Positions 7,723 to 15,661 of a stretch of 17,099 bases of DNA are shown piece by piece. Source of the stretch: Planctomycetota bacterium (GTDB lineage Bacteria; Planctomycetota; B15-G4; JADJEK01); contig JBGAIQ010000083.1 of the NCBI GenBank assembly GCA_044225365.1, forward strand, positions 1 to 17,099. The letters are read 5' to 3'. The number at the start of each line of letters is the position of its first letter. Positions within the stretch are counted from its first letter, which is position 1. The notes beneath the pieces were generated by a model, which saw only the letters and a list, made by a program, of their open reading frames with translations, was not told where the DNA came from and did not search any database. A program made the position numbers and the translations under genes.

Positions 7723-8205
7723 TCAGGTCTTGAAGGTCCCCGCCTTCTTCGCTTTGGGCTTCTTGCCGCCGCTGCGGGAGGACTCGTCGGACTGCGGCTT
7801 GTCGTGGGCGCGCTTCACCTGGTGGACGAAGAGCGCGAGACGGTCCTTCCCTCCCGCCGGCTCGTCCTTGATCTCGCCCTTGATGCAGACGCGCTCGCCC
7901 TTCTCGGCGCGCGCCAGGATCTTCTGGAAGTACACGGAGTCCGGGGCCACGACGAGCGGGACCGACTGGTTCTCGAGGATCCAGACCTCCTGGCCGAGCT
8001 TCGTCTTCGCGATGCGCGACGGCTTGGCGAGGATCCGGGTCGCCGGCACATGCACGTGGACGCGCTGCGCCTTGTTGCTCGCGCCGCCGGAGCGGTAGAG
8101 CGCCTGCGCGCTCTCGGGACTCGTGAGGTTCCTGTAGGAGAGAGTCGTACCGTTGGAAGCGAGCAGTGCGGCGAGGAAGAGGGCGAGTTGGATAGGGATC
8201 GACAT
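7723..8205 (-). CDS. Secreted hypothetical protein (160 aa), possible OB-fold-like beta domain with basic tail
   Basis: AAGGAG SD before ATG 8205; hydrophobic N-terminus MSIPIQLALFLAALLAS; beta-rich core ending KGERVCIKGEI...LALFVHQV; Lys-rich C-terminus. Confidence 0.75.
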   Translation of the reverse strand: MSIPIQLALFLAALLASNGTTLSYRNLTSPESAQALYRSGGASNKAQRVHVHVPATRILAKPSRIAKTKLGQEVWILENQSVPLVVAPDSVYFQKILARAEKGERVCIKGEIKDEPAGGKDRLALFVHQVKRAHDKPQSDESSRSGGKKPKAKKAGTFKT

Positions 8206-8329
8206 CGTGGGCTCCTTGGGGCGCGCGCCCCGAAATGGGGAGCGCGGTCCAGAGCCATCACGCGATGCAGGTTCGGCGGTGACGCGAAATCTCCGCCGAT
8301 TCACGTCGAGTCGATCGGTTTACCGCCGA

Positions 8330-8602
8330 TCAGACCTTGCGGTAGCCGAGACCCTTCAGGATGTCGAGGATGTCGGACCAGCTCGGGAAGAGCTTGTTCG
8401 TTCGTCGCTTGAAGTTGTCGATCGCCTTCAGGAACTCCATGACTTCCGCCTCGTTGCGCTCGGTCGGCGGCGGCTGGAGTTGCTTCAGGATGGCCTCTCC
8501 CGTTTGCGGCGGCTTCTTCGCGGCGCGCGCATTCGCCCGTGCGTTCAAAGGGCGAGCCGTGGACGCGTTCTTCGGACGAGACTTCTTGGTGGGGAACGGC
8601 AT
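8330..8602 (-). CDS. Small conserved hypothetical protein (90 aa) of a planctomycete-type family
   Basis: Basic low-complexity N-terminus plus C-terminal EVMEFLKAIDNFKRRTNKLFPSWSDILDILKGLGYRK, resembling the EF..A.D.YKR....FPTWSEVL.V...LGY motif recalled from Planctomycetes hypothetical proteins. Coding-like codon usage from ATG 8602. Confidence 0.75.
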   Translation of the reverse strand: MPFPTKKSRPKNASTARPLNARANARAAKKPPQTGEAILKQLQPPPTERNEAEVMEFLKAIDNFKRRTNKLFPSWSDILDILKGLGYRKV

Positions 8603-8660
8603 GACGAAGACCTGCAATGGGTTCGGTGGAGACTCGAGGGACCACGACTTCCAATCGTTC

Positions 8661-8704
8661 TTTTCGCCAGAATCGGGGTGCATTCGTGAGCGTTCCGGCG
8701 AAAA
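8661..8704. repeat. Inverted repeat / stem-loop upstream of the 90-aa gene
   Basis: TTTTCGCCAGAA (8661-8672), 20 nt, TTCCGGCGAAAA (8693-8704). 11 of 12 positions are complementary; the mismatch is a G-U pair on the minus-strand RNA. Confidence 0.55.
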
Positions 8705-9093
8705 CCTCCAAATCCCCCAATTTCTCGAGTTCACCGCATAGCCACCGTCGCCATCGCGTGCGCGGTGCGAGAACCGCACGGTGGGGATCCACTCCCGCAC
8801 GCCGTCACCGAGTGACGTCTCGCAATCTCTCGGCGGCGTCGATCGAGAGGCGGATCGATCCAGTGCGAAGTTCGTCCACGCGCACCCGCGCATGCCCTCT
8901 CCGGTCCGCCGAATTGTCGTTTCGCTGACGCGCGGCCAGGAATCGACCATCGATTGCGAATTCGCGGCACCCAAGCGGAGTGCGCGTGAGGAGGCCGGGT
9001 GCGGATGGGCGAGCACCTGGAAGAAATGGCCGAACCGTCCGCAGGGTGTGTCACCGCCCGGAAGGTTCCGCGTTTCGTTTGCGGAGGGATCCG

Positions 9094-10086
9094 ATGACCA
9101 CCGCCGACTCACTCGATCACGACTTCGACGGCTTTTGGAAAGAAGCGCTCGACGAGTTCCTCGTCGACTTCCTTCAGTTGCTCGCTCCCGATGTCCTCGC
9201 GCTCCTGGACGTCTCTCAACCGATCGTGTCCCTCGACAAAGAACTTCAAGCTCTCTTTCCGGAGACTCGCGCGGGCAAACGTTTCGTGGACAAGTTGTTC
9301 AAGATCGCGCTACGAGCGGGCGGCTCCGCCGAGTTGTTGTTCCACATCGAAGCTCAGGGGGATCCCGAGCCCGCGTTTGCCGAGCGAATGTTCGTCTACC
9401 GCTATCGCATCTTCGACAGGCACCGGATGCCGCTCTACTTCATCGCGATCCTCGCGGACGACGATCCGAACTGGCGGCCCGATCGTTTCGAGCGGCGGTT
9501 CCACGACGATGTCATGCTCTTCAAGTTTCGCACGATCAAGTTGCTCGACCTTCGCCCGCACCTCGAGGACTTGGAAGCGAGCTCGAATCCGTTCGCGCTG
9601 CTCGTCGCCGCCTACCTCCGGACGAGGGAGACCAGGCCCGATCGAATCCGGTTACAATGGAAGGTCGCCTTCGTGCGGCGGATCTTCACGATGATCGAGG
9701 ATCGGGCTCGCGCCCGCCGGCTCCTACGACTCGTGAACTGGCTCATGCGCTTGCCGGACGACCTCGCAGCGGAATTTCGCAAGATGGTGACTTCGATGAA
9801 CGAGCACAGCCCGATCCCCGAGATGATGGACTTCGAGATCGAATGGATGCAGAAGGGTGAGGAACGCGGCAGGATCGAGGGCAAGGCCGAAGGCAAGGCC
9901 GAAGGACTCCGCATCGCAAAGCAACAGTCGATCGTTCGCGTCCTGCGGGTTCGATTCGGTGGAGCGGCCGATCGGGTCGGAGGGGCGATCGGCTCGATCA
10001 CGGATCCGAGTCGGCTCGACCATCTGGTCGAGCTGGCCGCGGTTGCGAAGAGTCTCGAGGAATTCGAGGCAGCTCTCACGCGGTGA
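9094..10086 (+). CDS. Rpn/YhgA-like PD-(D/E)XK nuclease family protein ('putative transposase', 330 aa)
   Basis: GGAGG SD then ATG 9094; DFDGFWKEAL, LDKEL, FVDKLFKI, LFHIEAQ, FAERMFVYRYRIFD, NPFA; C-terminal GEERGRIEGKAEGKAEG repeat and LRVRFG helical domain. Confidence 0.88.
   Translation: MTTADSLDHDFDGFWKEALDEFLVDFLQLLAPDVLALLDVSQPIVSLDKELQALFPETRAGKRFVDKLFKIALRAGGSAELLFHIEAQGDPEPAFAERMFVYRYRIFDRHRMPLYFIAILADDDPNWRPDRFERRFHDDVMLFKFRTIKLLDLRPHLEDLEASSNPFALLVAAYLRTRETRPDRIRLQWKVAFVRRIFTMIEDRARARRLLRLVNWLMRLPDDLAAEFRKMVTSMNEHSPIPEMMDFEIEWMQKGEERGRIEGKAEGKAEGLRIAKQQSIVRVLRVRFGGAADRVGGAIGSITDPSRLDHLVELAAVAKSLEEFEAALTR
9877..9906 (+). repeat. 12-bp coding tandem repeat (EGKA x2.5) in the Rpn C-terminus
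   Basis: GAGGGCAAGGCC GAAGGCAAGGCC GAAGGA. Confidence 0.75.
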
Positions 10087-10183
10087 CGCTCGGCCTCGAG
10101 AACGAGGAACTCCGATGCGAACTCGAGTTCGGCACGGCATGATCGTGCGCGATTCTCGACGTGTGCTCGTTCAGGAGGATTCG

Positions 10184-11821
10184 ATGGGTCGCTGGCGTTG
10201 TCGCGCACGGAATGTGCTTTTCGTGATCCTCGGACTCGCATCCGAAGGTTGTCAGCTCGGATCGTCGCGGAGCGCGGCGCCGGCCCCCGAGCTCGCCCCC
10301 GACATCGCGGCCGAACTCGAGGAAGCGACGATCTCCGAACTCCAAGCGCGAATGACGGCGGGCACGGACTCCGCGCGATCGCTCGCGGAGAAGTACCTCG
10401 CACGCATCGCGGCGCTCGACGCTGCGGGCCCCGCACTGCACAGCGTGATCGAGCTGAACCCCGATGCTCTGTCGATCGCCGATGCGCTCGACGCCGAACG
10501 CAAGGCGAAGGGCCCGCGCGGACCGCTCCACGGCATTCCCGTCCTGATCAAGGACAACATCGCAACGGCCGATCGGATGGAAACGACGGCGGGATCGCTC
10601 GCGCTCGTCGGCTGCAAGCCGCCCGCGGACGCGTTCATCGTGAAGCAGCTTCGCGACGCGGGGGCCGTGATCCTCGGCAAGACGAACCTCTCGGAGTGGG
10701 CGAACTTCCGGTCGACCCGTTCGGTGAGCGGCTGGAGCGGGCGTGGCGGCCAGACGAAGAACCCCTACGCGCTCGATCGCAATCCCTCGGGCTCGAGCTC
10801 CGGATCGGGCGCCGCCGTCGCGGCGAACCTCTGCGCCGTCGCGGTCGGCACCGAGACGGACGGATCGATCACGTCGCCCTCCAACAACAACATGCTCGTC
10901 GGCATCAAACCGACGATCGGCCTCGTCAGCCGTTTCGGAATCGTTCCGATCGCGCACAGTCAGGACACCGCGGGGCCGATGGCGCGCACCGTGACGGACG
11001 CGGCGATCCTGCTCGGCGTGCTCGCCGGGCACGATCCGAACGATCCCGGGGATCCCACGCTGCCGCGGCCCGAGGGCTTGGTCCCGCACGAATTCTCCCG
11101 ACACCTCACGGCCGATGGCCTGCGCGGCGCGCGCATCGGCGTCGTGCGCAAGCAACTCACGGGCTACCACGGCGCGACGGACGCGCTGTTCGAGCAGGCG
11201 ATTGCGGATCTGAAGCGCCTCGGAGCGGAGATCGTCGATCCGGCCGACATCCCGCACGTCGGCGAGTACGGCAGCGGCGAGAATCTCGTGCTCCAGTCCG
11301 AGTTCAAGACCGACCTCGAGAAGTACTTCGCATGGCTCGGAAGCGGCTCGAAGATCCACACCCTCGACGACGTGATCTCCTTCGACCTCGATCATGCCGC
11401 GGCCGAGATGCCGTTCTTCGGCCAGGAGATCCTCGTCGAATCCGCGAGGCGCGGCCCGCTCACCGACGAGAAGTACCTCGCGGCCCTGGAGCGCAATCAT
11501 CGACTTTCGCGCGAAGAGGGGATCGACGCGGTGCTGAAAGCGAAGAAGCTCGATGCGCTGGTGGCGCCGACGAGCGGCCCGGCCTGGCTCATCGACCCGA
11601 TCTACGGCGATGCCGGCTCCGGCAGCGCCACCTCGCCCCCCGCGGTTTCCGGGTATCCGCACGTCACGGTGCCGATGGGGGAGATCCTCGGGCTGCCGGT
11701 GGGCATCTCCTTCATGGGCACCGCCTGGAGCGAGGAAGCGCTGATCCGCTTTGCGTTCGCCTACGAGCAGGGGACCCGGCATCGGCGCGCTCCGAGATTC
11801 GCTCCGACGGTGGCAAGATGA
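10184..11821 (+). CDS. Amidase signature family enzyme (peptide amidase-like), probably exported or a lipoprotein (~545 aa)
   Basis: AGGAGG SD before ATG 10184; GPLHGIPVLIKDN (catalytic Lys), GKTNLSEWANFRS, PSGSSSGS, GTETDGSI (Ser-cisSer-Lys triad). The N-terminus is basic then hydrophobic and ends LASEGC. Confidence 0.92.
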   Translation: MGRWRCRARNVLFVILGLASEGCQLGSSRSAAPAPELAPDIAAELEEATISELQARMTAGTDSARSLAEKYLARIAALDAAGPALHSVIELNPDALSIADALDAERKAKGPRGPLHGIPVLIKDNIATADRMETTAGSLALVGCKPPADAFIVKQLRDAGAVILGKTNLSEWANFRSTRSVSGWSGRGGQTKNPYALDRNPSGSSSGSGAAVAANLCAVAVGTETDGSITSPSNNNMLVGIKPTIGLVSRFGIVPIAHSQDTAGPMARTVTDAAILLGVLAGHDPNDPGDPTLPRPEGLVPHEFSRHLTADGLRGARIGVVRKQLTGYHGATDALFEQAIADLKRLGAEIVDPADIPHVGEYGSGENLVLQSEFKTDLEKYFAWLGSGSKIHTLDDVISFDLDHAAAEMPFFGQEILVESARRGPLTDEKYLAALERNHRLSREEGIDAVLKAKKLDALVAPTSGPAWLIDPIYGDAGSGSATSPPAVSGYPHVTVPMGEILGLPVGISFMGTAWSEEALIRFAFAYEQGTRHRRAPRFAPTVAR

Positions 11822-11828
11822 CGACGCT

Positions 11829-11852
11829 GTAGGGGCAGACGGCTGTCTGCCC
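11829..11852 (+). repeat. REP-like element (GTAG + perfect 8-bp hairpin); may also act as a terminator
   Basis: GTAG-GGGCAGAC-GGCT-GTCTGCCC, 7 nt after the amidase stop, between convergent genes. Confidence 0.6.
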
Positions 11853-11900
11853 GGTCGTTCCCATGAGAAGGCGATCGATTCGCGGAGCGTCGGCGTTCGC

Positions 11901-12491
11901 TCAGTCGGACCTCGAGTGTGTCCCGTCGACGATGAACCGGAAGCAACATTCAGCGAGGATCGCATCCAGCGGATCGATGAGAACGGAGATTTCGCGAGCC
12001 GTAGTCTTGATGGCGCTTTCGTCCATGCCCTGCGCGGTCTCGCCATCGTCGAGTTGCTTCTTCAGCTGGGAGATGAGGGCCTTTGCATGCTCGATGTCGA
12101 CGAGATTCAATGCGATGCTGTTATTCAGTTCCTCGATCGATGGCAGAATCCGATCGGTCAGCCCGCGCTGGATGTCACGCAAGTTCGACCGTAACTCCGC
12201 GATCTGCGCGTGAGACATGCCGGTCCATGACGTCTCGGTCGCCAAATGGAGGTCGGGACCAAGCTTCTGAAGTGCACGGTGCATTTCGACCATTCGGGTG
12301 AGCACGCGTTCGAACTTCGCTGAGTTCGAAGTCGAAGTCTCGAGTTGAAGGACTCGTTGGCGCAATACGCTGACCTCTGACGCCATCGAGGCCTCGACGC
12401 GACGATGATGGATCCACGACCAGCAGGCAGTCGCGACCACGGCAGCCAACGCAACCAACATGGCTCTGCGCAACACTGAAATGGACGTCAT
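11901..12491 (-). CDS. Hypothetical N-terminally anchored helical/coiled-coil protein (196 aa)
   Basis: GGAGA SD-like motif upstream; hydrophobic segment MLVALAAVVATACW followed by heptad-like helices; lower GC than flanks. Confidence 0.6.
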   Translation of the reverse strand: MTSISVLRRAMLVALAAVVATACWSWIHHRRVEASMASEVSVLRQRVLQLETSTSNSAKFERVLTRMVEMHRALQKLGPDLHLATETSWTGMSHAQIAELRSNLRDIQRGLTDRILPSIEELNNSIALNLVDIEHAKALISQLKKQLDDGETAQGMDESAIKTTAREISVLIDPLDAILAECCFRFIVDGTHSRSD

Positions 12492-12651
12492 CGGATCTCC
12501 GTAGAGGTGTTCCGAGTGCGAGAGTCAGCTGCCATTCGCGTGAACCGGGAACAACGCTTGGGTACGATCGAAATCGTAACCAGATCGGCAAGTCTCGCCT
12601 CGCACTTTCTAGGTCACGGGGTCGCATCGAATTCCGGAGGAGCCAGACCGA

Positions 12652-14340
12652 TTGGTTCGGTCTGCTCGCCGAGACTCTCCAAGTCGGATGAAAATGAAAT
12701 CCCGCTCGTCGCAATTATCAGAGTGTCTTGCGGTTTGCCTGATCGTCGTGGGAGCGCTCCTGCTGGCATGGCACCTGCGCTTCGTTCAAGACGACGCATT
12801 CATCTCGTTCAACTACGCGAGGGCATTGTTCCGCGGCGACGGACTCACTTGGTGTGGGACGCGGGTCGAGGGATACATCAACTTCCTTTGGATTCTTTGG
12901 ACCGCGCTTGGGCTCCGTCTGCATATCGATCCGGTCGATGGGTCGTATTTGGGCGGACTGTTCGCATTCGTGCTGGCCCTGTATTCGACCTGGCAACTAT
13001 CGCGCTCGATCATTCGCTCGCCGACGGTGCGGGTGATTGCGCTCGCGGCAACTGCCACCAACTACTCCGTCCTCGCGTATGCGACGGGAGGCCTCGAGAC
13101 CATGCCCGTAGCCGCGATGGTCTGCCTCTGTGTTTGGCAGGTCACTTCGATGTGGGACGGCTCGACTCCCATTGGATACTGGCGCCTGATTGGACTGTCT
13201 CTTCTACTTGCGATCACTGTCCTGACCCGGCTCGATACTGCGATCCCGGTGGTCGTGCTCGTCCTTCTCACTCTCGGGGCAATGCGAAGGCATCGGGTCG
13301 GGTCGGTCGCGCACGTTCAAGCGATCTTGATTCCTCTCGCCACGATCGTCGGGGGCTGGTTCATGGCCCGCTTCGATTACTACGGCGACGTACTTCCAAA
13401 CCTCTACTACGCCAAAGGACGCACGGGAAGTATCACGAACGGATTGCTCTATGTCGCACGGTTCGCGCATTCGTACGGCATCTGGCCGTTGGTGCTCGCT
13501 ACGGGTCTCGTGGCACTGAAGCGTTCGCGATGGCGCTCGAAGCCCTATCCGTACGGCGCGTGGATTCCATCGGCGGCGACGCTCATCACTTGGTTGGCGT
13601 ACGTGGTGAGTGTGGGCGGGGACTTCATGGAGTTTCGGCTCGTCGTTCCGGTTACGCCTATCGCGTTCGTACTCCTGTTCGCCGCTCTCGATTTTGCGCT
13701 CGACGACCTGCGCGGCGGTCGCTTCGCAGAACTCGGTGCACTTCTTCTGCTTCTCGGCGCTTCCTATCATCACTCAACCTCCTTCGTCGAGATTTCGGAG
13801 GATCGCACGCTCGACAGCATTCCCGCGCTGCGCACTTTCTATGGTCTGTATCCGACCGGGGATTGGGCCCGAATTGGCGATCCGCTGAAACGTGAGCTCG
13901 GTGGGCATTCGATTACGATCGCGACGTCAGCCTGCGGGGCGATTCCCTATTACAGCGATCTGCGCACTGTGGATATGTGCGGATTGAATGATCGCACGGT
14001 GGCTCGCAACGGAATTAGAGCAGGCAGCGATTATCGTCGCCCAGGACATCAAGTCGCCGCGAGTCGCGACTACTTGCGGGGCGCGGGGACGAACCTTATC
14101 CTAGGACATCCGGTGCTCGTGCCGCGCGGTGCGCTGAGTGCCTCTGGCGACACGGAGCTGTGGCGCTTCATCGTTAGTCAAATGGCCTTCTTCGAGCCGG
14201 TGGTTTCGGGAACCGTGAGGTTGGTCGCCATCCCCATTGACTCATCCGAATCGCTCATTGCGTGGTACTTCGTGCGAGCGGACTACATCGACGAGAAGCT
14301 GTCGAGTGGGTCGTGGGAGCAGAAGACGCTGAGTTATTGA
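12652..14340 (+). CDS. GT-C fold membrane glycosyltransferase (AftB/arabinofuranosyltransferase-like)
   Basis: TM1 then QDDAFISFNYARALFRGDGLTW...RVEGYINFLW, GGLET, TRLD, YYGDVLPNLYYAK, GGDFMEFRLVVP, GAIPYYS...DMCGLND...RPGH. Start is either TTG 12652 (GGAGGAG at 12636-12642) or ATG 12688/12694. Confidence 0.85.
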   Translation: MVRSARRDSPSRMKMKSRSSQLSECLAVCLIVVGALLLAWHLRFVQDDAFISFNYARALFRGDGLTWCGTRVEGYINFLWILWTALGLRLHIDPVDGSYLGGLFAFVLALYSTWQLSRSIIRSPTVRVIALAATATNYSVLAYATGGLETMPVAAMVCLCVWQVTSMWDGSTPIGYWRLIGLSLLLAITVLTRLDTAIPVVVLVLLTLGAMRRHRVGSVAHVQAILIPLATIVGGWFMARFDYYGDVLPNLYYAKGRTGSITNGLLYVARFAHSYGIWPLVLATGLVALKRSRWRSKPYPYGAWIPSAATLITWLAYVVSVGGDFMEFRLVVPVTPIAFVLLFAALDFALDDLRGGRFAELGALLLLLGASYHHSTSFVEISEDRTLDSIPALRTFYGLYPTGDWARIGDPLKRELGGHSITIATSACGAIPYYSDLRTVDMCGLNDRTVARNGIRAGSDYRRPGHQVAASRDYLRGAGTNLILGHPVLVPRGALSASGDTELWRFIVSQMAFFEPVVSGTVRLVAIPIDSSESLIAWYFVRADYIDEKLSSGSWEQKTLSY

Positions 14341-14434
14341 TTCGAAATCCAAGGGCGACGGTGCAGTCCCACACTCGGAACTCGCTGGAGCACCTTGATC
14401 GCCGGAAACTCGTCGGCTTTCGCACGGTAAGGCG

Positions 14435-15630
14435 CTACGTCCGGCCGCGGAAGAACGCCTTCACCTTGCCGGCGTCCGGCTTCTCGATGACGCCGAACTC
14501 GGTGACGATCGCGGCGATGTTCTCGTGTGGCGTCACGTCGAACGCGGGATTGAACACGTCCACGCCCTGCGGGGCGGTTCGTCTACCGAAGCCCTCGGTG
14601 ACCTCGCTCGCTTCGCGCTCCTCGATCGGGATGTGCGAGCCGTCGGGGATCGTGAGGTCGAACGTGGAGAACGGGGCGACGACGTAGAACGGTACGCCGT
14701 GCGCCTTCGCGAGCACCGACACGCCATAGGTGCCGATCTTGTTCGCCGTGTCGCCGTTGCTCGCGATGCGATCCGCGCCGACGAAGATCGCGCCGACGTT
14801 CTTGTCGCGCAGCACGCTCGCCGCCATGTTGTCGCAGATCAGGCCTTCGCGAGCACCGACACGCCATAGGTGCCGATCTTGTTCGCCGTGTCGCCGTTGC
14901 TCGCGATGCGATCCGCGCCGACGAAGATCGCGCCGACGTTCTTGTCGCGCAGCACGCTCGCCGCCATGTTGTCGCAGATCAGCGTCGCATCGATCCCGGC
15001 CTGCATCAGCTCCCACGCCGTGAGGCGCGCGCCCTGGAGCAGCGGTCGCGTCTCGTCGACGAAGACGCGGAACTTCTTGCCGGCGGCGTGGGCGTGGAAC
15101 ATCGGCGCGAGCGCGGTGCCGTAATCGGCGGTCGCGAGTCCGCCCGCGTTGCAGTGCGTCAGGAGGTTCTTGCCGGGAGGGACGAGCGCGACGCCGTACT
15201 CGCCGAGCTTGCGGCAGATCGCTCGATCCTGTTCCAGCACGCGCTTCGCTTCGTCGAGGAGTGCGTCGCGGGCGGCGTCGAGCGGGAGCGATCGCAGCTC
15301 GTTCGCCTTCTTCGTCATCCGATCGATCGCCCAGAACAGGTTCACTGCGGTCGGCCTTGACGACGCCAAGTACTTTGCGGTGCGGCTGACGTCGGCGTCC
15401 CACTGCTCGGGGGTCTTCGCCCGACTCTTCTTCATCCCGAGCACGACGCCGAAGGCGCCCGCGATCCCGATCGCCGGCGCGCCGCGAACGGCGAGGCGCT
15501 TGATCGCGTCCCACATCGCCTCCTCGGTCTCGAGATCGACGTACTTCAGTTCGTTCGGGAGCAGGGTCTGCTCGACGATACGGGCCTTGCCGTCGCGGTC
15601 GCCGATCCAGTCGATGGTGGAGATGGGCAT
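14435..15630 (-). pseudogene. mtnA: S-methyl-5-thioribose-1-phosphate isomerase, frameshifted by a 140-bp tandem duplication (intact 351-aa gene if the duplication is an artefact)
   Basis: VRGAPAIG, SRPTAVNL, LTHCNAGGLAT..YGTAL, DETRPLLQGARLT, GADRIASNGDTANKIGTY, IPIEER, NPAFDVTP. The N-terminal frame stops at 14839; the C-terminal frame ends at 14435. 1196-140 = 1056 bp = 351 aa plus stop. Confidence 0.93.
14703..14982. repeat. Exact 140-bp tandem duplication inside mtnA
   Basis: 14703-14842 is identical to 14843-14982 (GCCTTCGCGAGCACC...GTCGCAGATCAG). The bases flanking the two copies differ. Confidence 0.97.
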
Positions 15631-15661
15631 GGAATCGCAGGTCTTGGGAAGAGAGGACGGA

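Noticed and set aside
7574-8602. Small upstream genes as RiPP precursor peptides for the SPASM enzymes
   Set aside because: At 90 and 160 aa they look like folded domains (one has a signal peptide). There is no Cys/Trp core motif, leader, RRE/PqqD gene, protease or exporter, and the operon appears to have its own promoter.
8730-8790. Resemblance of GCGGTGCGAGAACCGCACG to group II intron domain V
   Set aside because: The AGC/CGC catalytic triad and AC-bulge geometry are absent, and there is no domain VI or reverse transcriptase ORF.
9094-10086. Rpn gene as an IS element
   Set aside because: No terminal inverted repeats or target-site duplication seen, and no DDE or HUH motif. The 'transposase' label for this family is historical.
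11853-14434. Lower-GC islet as integron cassettes
   Set aside because: The genes are divergent, and I found no RYYYAAC...GTTRRRY attC boundaries and no integrase.
14703-14982. Repeat as a CRISPR array or programmed frameshift
   Set aside because: Only two abutting 140-bp copies of coding sequence, with no spacers, cas genes or slippery site.
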